A DNA stretch of 64,000 bases, taken from Mobula hypostoma (taxonomy: Eukaryota). The translations under genes and the position numbers were made by a program. This document shows positions 53,328-64,000 of this stretch, in pieces. Position 1 is the stretch's first letter, and each line of letters begins with the position of its first letter. Location of the stretch: NCBI RefSeq assembly GCF_963921235.1, contig NC_086109.1:23934001-23998000 (forward strand), in the 5' to 3' direction. The notes under the pieces are model-generated. The model was not told the DNA's origin and did not search any database. It saw only the letters and a program-made list of their open reading frames with translations.

Positions 53328-54952
53328 CATAATCATTCTAACCTGGCTACTATTTTTAAACATTAAAGATTAGCTTTATTTGTCCCATGTACGTTCAAGC
53401 ATACAGTGAAGTGCATTGTTGGCGTGAAGATTGTGCTGGGCAGTCCGCAAGTGTCGCCACGCTTCCAACGCCAACATGGCATAGTCACAACTCACTAACC
53501 CTAACTGTCTGCTTTTGGAACATGGGAGGAAACTGGAGTTCCCGGAGCAAACCCATGCGGTCACAGGGAGAATGTGCAAACTTGTTAAAAACAGAAGTGG
53601 GAGTCAAAGCCTGACCTTGGAGCTGGTGTTACGTAAAGCATTGGAGCTAACCGCTCTGTTACCATGCTGCGCCAGCCTCTGTCTCCTGAACTATTCCTGG
53701 ATGGGATGACTCTCCCTCAGGCACAAGTTCTTTGAGATACAGTTCCTTTCGCTGGGTTACTGTTGCTAGAGGTCAGTGCCTTCAGGAAGCATTCTGCATC
53801 AGCACTTATTTACTGGCTCCATTGTGCCAGATTCACACACGGGTTATGGTTTAAATCACAAATTGTAATGAGCAACACACACAAAACACTGGAGGGACTC
53901 AGCAGGTCAAGCAGCATCAATGGAAGGGAATAGATAGTTGACGACTTGGGCTGAGACCCTACTTCAGGACTTAAGATAATGCTATTCTTCCAGAGAGTAG
54001 ATCAGTAAACTGACCGTTTGGAAGATGACAGTTTTGGGTAGGTTTTGGTGAAGTCTGCATTGTTTTAGTGTTTCTTTCGTGACTGATCATCCCCACATTT
54101 CTGCCTTCCATCTTGCTCCACTTGCCTGCTCTGAAGCACATCTTCTCCCCATAAATGAATGAGATTTCCTGGGACTGGGTTAGTCTGATTGTGGCTCTGT
54201 AGTTGTAAGTGTGAATTTTTAATGAAGTTCCAATGATGCTCTATTTAGCTATTTCAAAGATAAAGCCCTTGGTTTCTGTCTCTGAAGCTACTCAGCTTGT
54301 TTCAAATGTCACTGCCTCCTGTGTTGAAGGCAGACAAAAAAAAAAATTCCCAGTGCAAAAGCGAGATAAATAGGATGCTCAATGACTTGCTAATAATCAC
54401 ATTAAAACATTTGTTTATGTGCTGGCGTGACTGACACACACGAACCTCTGATTGAAGCAGCCACACCAAATCTCTCAAGGCTGTTTAATCACACAGGGAT
54501 AAGTTTAAATTAACTTGGCCTGATAGTCACAGTGCCACATTATAAAGCAATTGCAAATCTACGCACAGCTAGAAAATTTTCTTCCTCTTTTTGATTTAAT
54601 GACTGCACACTACGCCTTTCATTTTTTTCTCTTGCTTTAAAATAAAACAAATACAGTTTTTTAAAAGAGAACATACTCTTCAACCTACTTTGTAACTTCA
54701 GCCTTTGACCGAGGGTCTTAGGTCAACAGACATTTGATACCTCTTCTATGTTGTGTGACAGCCCTAGGGATCTGATCATTGAGTAAGGAATGGAAGGAGT
54801 CTATGCTCAAAATCATCACTGAGCTCATTTCTGCCTCACTCAGGTAAGGTATACAGATGCAGACATTCTGTTTCTCACACATACACTCCGATAATATTAC
54901 AGAATGCTGATGTGGTCTAAAACCAAATATTCATTGACAATCCTCATACAGT

Positions 54953-56012
54953 ATGTGCATCACACTGAGCACAGGGGCCCCCCAGGGCTGTGTACTCAGT
55001 CCACTGTTGTTCACTCTGCTGACCCACGACTGTGCTGCAACACACAGCTCGAACCACATCATCAAGTTTGCAGATGACGCGACCGTGGTGGGGCTCACTA
55101 GCAAGAACGATGAGTCAGCATACAGAGAGGAGGTGCAGCAGCTAATGGACTGGTGCAGAGCCAACAACCTGTCTCTGAATGTCAACAAAACAAAAGAGAT
55201 GGTTGCTGAGTTCAGGGGGACACAGAGCGACCACTCTCCACTGAACATCGACGACTCCTCCATAGAGATCATTAAGAGCACCAGATTTCTTGGTGTTCAC
55301 CTGGCGGAGAATCTCACCTGGTCCCTCAACACCAGCTTCATAGCAAAGAAAGCCCAGCAGCATCTCTACTTTCTGCGAAGGCTGAGAAAAGTCCATCTCT
55401 CACCCCCCATTCTCACCACATTCTACAGAGGTTATATTGAGAGCATCCTGAGCAGCTGCATCACTGTCTGGTTCGGAAATTGCACCATCTCGGATCGCAA
55501 GACCCTGCAGCGGATAGTGAGGTCAGCTGAGAAGATCATTGGGGTCTCTCTTCCTGCCATTACAGACATTTACACCACACGTCGCATCCGTAAAGCAAAC
55601 AGAATTATGAAGGACCCCACGCACCCCTCAGACAAACTCTTCTCCCTCCTGCCATCTGGCAAAAGGCACCAAAGTATTCAGGCTCTCACGACCAAACTAT
55701 GTAACAGTTTCTTCCCCCAGGCCATCAGACTCCTCAATACCCAGAGCCTGGACCGACACCAACCTACTGCCCTCTACTGTGCCTATTGTCTTGTTTATTA
55801 TTTATTGTAATGCCTGCACTGTTTTGTGCACTTTATGCAGTCCAGGGTAGGTCTGTAGTCTTGTGTTGTTTTGTGTTGTTTTACGTAGTTCAGTGTAGTT
55901 TTTGTATTGTTCATGTAGCATCATGGTCCTGAAAAACGTTGTCTCGTTTTTACTGTACTGTACCAGCAGTTATGGTCGAAATGACAATAAAAAGTGACTT
56001 GACTTGACTTGA
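54953..56012 (+). mobile_element. Rex1/Babar-type LINE, 5'-truncated, with open RT C-terminal frame
   Basis: 285-aa ORF with TGAPQGCVLSPLLF, KFADD, LNVNKTKEM, KKAQQHLYFLRRL and NSFFPQAIRLLN. Ends in aataaa plus a (tgact)n tail. Confidence 0.93.
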
Positions 56013-56062
56013 ATACAAAGGTCATACTTGTGGACTGCAAAAATAATAATTTGTTTTTAAAC

Positions 56063-56690
56063 TATGAGGGGTGATTGATAAGTTTGTGGCCTAAGGTAGA
56101 AGGGGTCAATTTTAGAAAACCTAGTACATTTATTTTTCCTACATTTACACACTTAGTGCAGCGGTTGTGGAGCATATGGATCCCTTCTTTGCAGAAGTCG
56201 GTGTCTTGGACCTCCAGAAAGCGGTCCACAGCAGGGGTGATTGAAAAGTTTGTGGCCTAAGGTAGAAGGAGATGAGTTATTAACTTCAAACTTTCTGCAT
56301 TTTCACTCAAAGAGTTGAACTGCGTGTGTATATAATAAGAGCTGTATAACTCATCTCCTTCTACCCAAGGCCACAAACTTATCAATCACCCCTGCTGTGG
56401 ATCACCTGGAGGTCCAAGACGCTCTCATTACATGCACGTGCAGTTCAACTCTTTGAGTGATAATGCAGAAAGTTTGAAGCTAATAACTCATCTCCTTCTA
56501 CCTTAGGCCACGAACTTATCAATCACCTCTGCTGTGGACCACTTCTACAAAGAAGGGATCCGTATGCTCCACGACCGCTGGACCAAGTGTGAACATGTAG
56601 GAGGGGACTATGTTGAAAAATAAATATGCTAGGTTTTCTAAAATTGGCTCCTTCTACCTTAGGCCACAAACTTATCAATCACCTGTCGTA
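56063..56690. mobile_element. Palindromic non-autonomous mariner element with TA target duplication
   Basis: TA-tgaggggtgattgataagtttgtggcctaaggtagaagg ... ccttctaccttaggccacaaacttatcaatcacctgtcg-TA. Contains the mariner transposase C-terminus DRWTKCEHVGGDYVEK* at about 56573-56623. Confidence 0.9.
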
Positions 56691-56789
56691 CTTCCTCTTA
56701 GCTTCTGGGGGGGAAAAAATCTTTTATTGCTATCTCTTGTGGAATGATGATCTTTGAAATTCAGATCTGTGTGACTTCACCCACCGGTC

Positions 56790-57678
56790 TAGTTCCAGAG
56801 GACTAGGATATAAGAGCAATAATGTAATGAGAAGGCTTCATAAGGCATTGGTCAGACTGCACTTGGAGTATTGTGAGAAGTTTTGGGGCCATATCTAAGA
56901 AGGCATGTGCTGGCATTGGAGAGGGTCGAGGAAGGTTTATGAAAATGATCGCAGGAATGAAAAGGTTAACATATGTGGAGTGTTTGATGACTCTGAGTCT
57001 GTAATCACAGGAGTTTAGAAGAATATCAAGGGGATCTTATTGAAACCTATTAAATATTGAAAGGCCCGGATAGAGAGGAGATGGAGAGGATGTTTCCAGT
57101 AGTTGGCAAGTCTAGGACCAGAAGGCACACCCTGAGAATACTTTATTGTCGCCAAACAATTGATACTAGGACGTACAATCATCACAGCGATATTTGATTC
57201 TGCGCTTCCCGCTCCCTGGAGTACAAATCAATAGTAAATATTAAAAATTTAAATTATAAATCATAAATAGAAAATAGAAAATGGAAAGTAAAGTCGTGCA
57301 AAAAAACCGAGAGGCAGGTCCAGATATTTGGAGGTACGACCCAGATCCGGGTCAGGATCGGTTCAGCAGTCTTATTACAGTTGGGAAGAAGCTGTTCCCA
57401 AATCTGGCATAGAAGGACATCCCTTTAGAACAGAGATGAGGAGGAATTTCTTTAGGCCAAAGGTGGTGAATTTGTGGAATTCATAGTAACAGAGGGCTGA
57501 GTTATTGGGTACACTTAAGCAGAGTTTGATAGGTACCTGATTAGCTAGGGTGTCAAAGGTTACAGGGAGAAGACAAGAGGATGGGGCTGGGAGAAAAATA
57601 AATCAGACATAATTGAATGGTCAAGTAGACTCAATGGGCTGAATAATCTAATTTGTTTTCAATATCTTATGGTCCCAT
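56790..57678 (+). mobile_element. CR1 3' fragment interrupted by a minus-strand LINE 3' end (about 57134-57408)
   Basis: MRRLHKALVRLHLEYC, GDLIETY and SRTRRHTLRI|EGHPFRTEMRRNFF are split by the insertion. Confidence 0.85.
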
Positions 57679-60600
57679 AGTGTTATGTTTAATCTTGGTT
57701 CATCCATCATGTCCCTCTCTCCTATCCTTTCTAGTATTGATGAGTCCCTGCACTATGATGGTTGATCGTGCAGTAAAATCTCGTGGAATCACTCCTGTAC
57801 ATCTTCTTGATTATATTATTGATGACAAGGGGATCTGCCATTGGAGTGCTGCTTCTCCCATTTTTAGTCGTCCCTCAGGATTGAGGACGACTTGCTTTTA
57901 TTCCAGTCCTTTGGGTTCTGAAAGGCCTGATGAGGCCATGTAGAGCTGGCAGATTGTGCCTTGAGATAGTGAGGGAGGTGCTTGGTGTGTGGTGGAGTGG
58001 AGGGTGGTGTGCTCATACCCTGTGTGCACCAAATTTAGATGTGTTACCAGAAATAAAGCCCTGAGGATTTCAATGCCCATCAAAAATACCATCCCTATTT
58101 TGAGCAGTCCCAGGACAGGGGTTCAGAATCTGGTTTAATATCGTTGGTATATGTTGTGAAATTTGTTGTTTTGCGGCAGGAGTACATTGCAAATGCATAG
58201 TGATAAAAACTATAAATTACAATAAAAAAGCATATATATTGTAAAAAAAAATAAAATATATAAGCAGTGCAACAAGAGAAGAGAAATTACTGAGGTAGTG
58301 TTCATGGGCTCATTGTCCATTCAGAAATCTGATGGCGGAGGGGAAGAAGCTGTTCCTGAAACATTAAGTGTGTGTCTTCAGGCTCCTGTACCTCCTCCTT
58401 GATGGTAGCAATGAGAAGTGGGCATGTCCCGAGTGATAGGGGTCCTTAATGATGGATGCCGCCTTTTTGAGGCATCGTCTTTTGAAGGTGTCCTGGATGC
58501 TGGGGTGGCGAGAACCCATGATGGAGACGGCTCTGATGATGGATTCCTCTGGACCAGTGAGGATTGTATTCCGTTGCCCGCGTCCTTAGTCAAATTCACC
58601 TTCCATTAGGGCAGACAACATTGTATTTCAAAACTAAAGGACCAGTACTTGTTGTTGCTTCTCCACTGTTCTCATTCTTTCCCTCCTTTCTGCTTGTTAC
58701 TTGACCTCAGAAAGGGGACAGTGACGCACATCCTCCTGTCTGTATCAGTGGTGTTGAGCTTGAGACGGTTGAAAGCTTCAGCTTCCTAGGGATGAACATC
58801 ATCGATCGCCTGTTTTGGTTCACCCACCTGCACTTCACAACCAAGAAAGCTCACCACCACCTCTATTTCCTCAGGAAGCGAAAGAAATCTGACACGTCCC
58901 CATCAACCCTCACCAATTTTCATTGCTACCACACAGAAGTCATCCTGCTTGGATGCATAATAGCTTAGTATGGCTACTGGTCAGCCCACAACCACAGGAA
59001 ACTGTAGAGGGTGATAGTCACACATCAGCACATCTTGGAAACCAACCTCCCTTCTATGGACTCTGTCTATACTTCGCACAGTCTCCGTAAATCAGCCAAC
59101 ATAATCAAAGACCCTACCAATCTGGACATTCTTTCTTCTCACGTCTCCCAATGAGCTGAAGATACAAAAGTCTAAAAAGATGTAGCACAAGGCTCAAGGG
59201 CTGTTTCCATCCCACTTTATCAGACTATTAAATAGTTCCTTCAAATGATAAGTAGGACCCTTGACCTCACATTCTACCTCGTTATGACATTGGACGTTGC
59301 TGTCTACCTGCTCTACATTTTTCTCTGTAGCTGTTACACTTCATTCTGAATTGTTATTGCTTTACCTTGTGCTACCTGAGTGTGCTCCCTGATTATCTGG
59401 TCTGTATGAACAATATGCAAGGCAAGCCTTTCACTGCATCTCGGTATATGTGATATTAGCAACCCAAATCCAACAAACCAACTTCAATTCCAGTTCTCCT
59501 CTACTCCAGATTCTTCTTTTGTAACCCCATTATCTGCCGCCCTCGCCAACCCAATCCTTGTCTTCCTTCCTCATCCCCTCCATCCCTCATCCCTCCTTCT
59601 CTCTGTTTCCCCACCCTTACCAGAACTAGCACCGTCAAGAACTGTGGCTTAGTTGGTAGCAAAAGTTTTTATGGGCTGGGTTTGCAGTGGTCAGCAGTAC
59701 ATGAGAGATTCTTTTCTCCAAAGGTTCTTGATAGGTCCAACTGTGAGATAACTTGGAAATAATTCAGATTTAGAATATTCTAATCTGCGAGAAATCTATC
59801 CAATTTGTATTTGAATAAGACAACGCTAAATTCTTAGACCACCTCCTCAAGAATTCCTGCAGAATGGTTTGATTATCTGCACACTTTAATACTAGCTTGG
59901 TTTGAACTTAATTCCTTTGAAGAGCAGGGTATTACCATGGCCATGGCCATGCTGTTTAGAACAAGGCTGACAGAGCTAACATTATCTACTTCCTTTAGAA
60001 TCTCTAAGACAACAATACTATCACCTTCATGCCTATTTTTCATGATCATGGACCCAATCTACAGCATCACCAATCTATTCCAATCTATTTGTTCCTCCAG
60101 TCATTTTGACTGTCTTATTAGCTATAATTCTGTACTGTTATACTGTACTTTAAGTGTGGTCATGCAAGTGATTAATGAAGCTGCAAGATTACCTTGGTAC
60201 CTCAGCATAGTCCTGATCTTTTAATGCATCTCAGTATCTGACTTGCATTACTCATAATGCCAAGCAATGTTGTGAGTTCCTGCCACATTCCCACTTTAGC
60301 TTTATAGTGGCATTTGCAAAAAAAAACAAGTGAATGACTGCATAATTTGCAGCTGCACGTAAGGAAGTATGGCATTGTGAAAGATGCCCCTCCCTCAGAG
60401 CCAAAAATAACACTGATGAAGTGTCTCGACTCAAAACATCGACTGTTTATTCCCCTCTATAGATGCTGCTGGGTTCAACCCTCAGTGGTCCGAGTTTAGT
60501 TCTGTTGCGGTCTGTGAGGAGTTTGTGTGTTCTCTCCATGACAGTGAGGGTTTCCTCCAGGTGCTCCGGTTTCCACCCACATTCCCAAGATATACGGGAG

Positions 60601-60856
60601 AGTAAGTTAATTGATCACGGAGATGTAACGGGGCAGCGCAGGCTCTTTGGTCCGGAAGGAACTGTTACCAAGCTGCATCTCAAAATAATGAAATAAATAT
60701 TTTCCAAAATATCACTTACTCTTTAATTTAGATTTGCCTGAATGAACATTAACTGCTTACCATCTTCCTTCATAATGTTACTGCTTGCTCACTGATTAGT
60801 CTTGAATCAAACTATTTTAATTCTGACTTCCAGGTATTCTTAGGTAACAGAGACTA

Positions 60857-61572
<716 letters not shown>

Positions 61573-61727
61573 TATCCAGGATGAAGTTGGGGGCGGAGGG
61601 GAGATAAGGAATGACTCAGATCGGGACAGGGTAAGGTGAATTGTCAGGATATGATGGTGCTGGGCATGGTAGTCCACTAATAGACTTTGAGTTAATCATT
61701 CACAATTCCTTCGGGAGCTGCAAATCA

Positions 61728-62048
<321 letters not shown>

Positions 62049-62344
62049 TCAGCCAGAAAGCAGATTTGACACCTAGGACAGTTTTTGATGGGAACATCCC
62101 ACACCTGCTTTTTATTATTGCACATGATATAGGAGAAGTTTGATTTCAGTCACTGATGGTAAATGCGTATGTGTATACTGACTGTATCTTCCACTCATTG
62201 CATCTCATGTGGGAGCAGTGAGAGTTCAAAAGTATGACCCAACAATCAATGGCCATTACTGACACCTTTATCACTTGGATAAATTCCTCCCCCAAAACCT
62301 CCACCTGATAAATAACACAACTGAAAGAAAGTTTAGGTCCACTT

Positions 62345-62650
62345 ATGAATAAACTCTTCTCGGGCTTCCAGCCAGGTACGGATATTGATTATAACCGACG
62401 TTTTGATGACAAGCTCTGCCGCCTTCTTCAGGGATGATGCCTGGGCATGTTGGGTCTGGTGGTATTTATAACCCTGTGGTCTGTCCCTCCTGATTGGTCA
62501 GTCCTCATCCAATCAGGTTTCTACTCTTCCCCCTTGTTGGAAGAGGACTAACCAATCGAAACGTTGATTATAATTGATACCTCTACCTGGCTGGAATCCT
62601 GAGAAGGGTGTATTCATCATAAACACTGGGAAAGCACAAGAGCCTTTTTT
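62345..62650. mobile_element. Short Penelope-like relic with inverted termini (second family)
   Basis: About 63-bp inverted arms at 62345-62407 and 62555-62617. Minus strand has CTGAAGA...aAAAC-GTC, a hammerhead-like core. Confidence 0.6.
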
Positions 62651-64000
62651 TTAGATCTAGTTAGTTTAACAGGCTATCCCGCAAAATACTGGGTCAACAG
62701 CAATTCACACATAAAATACCTTTAACAATTCGGTGTCCCTTTTGTGTTCATCACAAAAGAACCCCTGTTAATCTCCATCATTGGTCATGTTCAGAGCAGT
62801 CATGTTTCATAGCCTGCTGCTTCAGCCACTCGCAGAGAGATTCCAGTTTTCAATGGCCTTTCCTCTCAATGTATGCTCTATAATTGCACCCTGCACCCCT
62901 CATTTAGGCCTGTACCTCTTGACTCCAACCCTGATTTCCACCCAGCTAGTGTGGTGTCTGTGCATGAACAATATACTCTCTACACCACGGTTCATATCTC
63001 CGGCAAGGCTCTGCTCTGTGTGCACCACCCAGCCACCACTCTCCATGCTCCAGATCTGAGTTCTGCTCTTTGGGTACAGACATTATTTCTAGGGACTTCT
63101 TCAACCCTTGGGTTCTGGTCTTTTTGATCATCAGCCTTTCCCGAAAACTCCAAGTGCCAGCTTCCACCTAGCGTCCAAGGCACAGCACAAAACAAAACGT
63201 AACGTACTGCACATCCAGCAGTAGCCAAAGCCATAGACTTCTGAACATATGGGTGAAACCCCTAGCGAACTTTTTAATGGCATGATTGGTTTCTCAGCCA
63301 CATTGTCTTCCCAACGTGGCCCCTGCTTTTGTGAGAATCAGGTTTGGAGATGGTGAGGAAGTCCGTGTGTCATTTTTATCCCGGAATGTGTGTCAGCTTC
63401 AATAACACTTAACAGCAATGAAACATCATCTTTAAAAACAAACAATTAAACGTATACCCATCAATAATTCAGGAATATTTTGGTCCTAAGTGCAGCATGC
63501 TGTATTCATGAGCTCAGACATGGGATTCTTTCTCCTGGAACTAGCCTAGTTCTTCACCCTGCAAGCTAATCTTTCATAAGTGAGGAAGAGGGGAGTGAAG
63601 GCATCTTCTTTGCATGGTTGAACTTTGCTACTACTGGACCCAATGGATAGTATTGAGATTAGGACTACTGGCTGCTAACTCATTTCCTATATTTGGAAAG
63701 GGCTGGACTCAGAACTTCTTCCTCAAATAGTAACTGAACATGGGCCTATGGTCCAACATCTACATCGAGCGTTGTTGCAGGAAAGCAGTATCTATCGTCA
63801 GGGACCCCCATCACCCAGTCATACTCTCTTCTTGTTGCTGCCATCAGGAAGAAGGTAAAGAAGCCCCAGGACTCACACCGCCAGGTTCAGGAACAGTTCA
63901 AAGTTCAAAGTACATTTATTAACAATGTATGTCTCCTACATACAACCTTGAGATTTGTCTCCTTACAGGCAGCCACGAAACAAATAAACCCATTTAAAAA

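Noticed and set aside
57926..57960. CTGATGA words here and at about 61783 as additional hammerheads
   Set aside because: No downstream GAAA-NUH and no stem I complement.

Overview
Vertebrate genomic DNA. The repeat landscape (CR1 and Rex/Babar LINEs, V-SINEs, Deu-SINEs, Penelope-like elements) suggests a cartilaginous fish such as a ray or shark; this is an inference. The only recognisable host gene is the 3' half of foxp4 on the minus strand. It has five coding exons with canonical GT-AG sites and consistent phases (61006-60905, 44513-44392, 43330-43261, 34774-34611, 31823-31679), encoding most of the forkhead domain and the acidic C-terminus. A CpG-rich promoter-like region at about 18.6-20.5 kb may start the next minus-strand gene; mdfi is expected from synteny, but no coding exon was recognised. 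The rest is mostly decayed, often nested transposons: CR1, Rex/Babar, Gypsy, Tc1, mariner and hAT MITEs, RTE and Penelope. Most notable are about ten copies of a minimal type-I hammerhead-ribozyme motif in Penelope-like 3' ends (one with an intact catalytic core, several sense to the foxp4 pre-mRNA), a palindromic mariner derivative with five TIR copies, and a possible decayed duplicate forkhead exon. No wholly new biological system can be demonstrated from this sequence alone.
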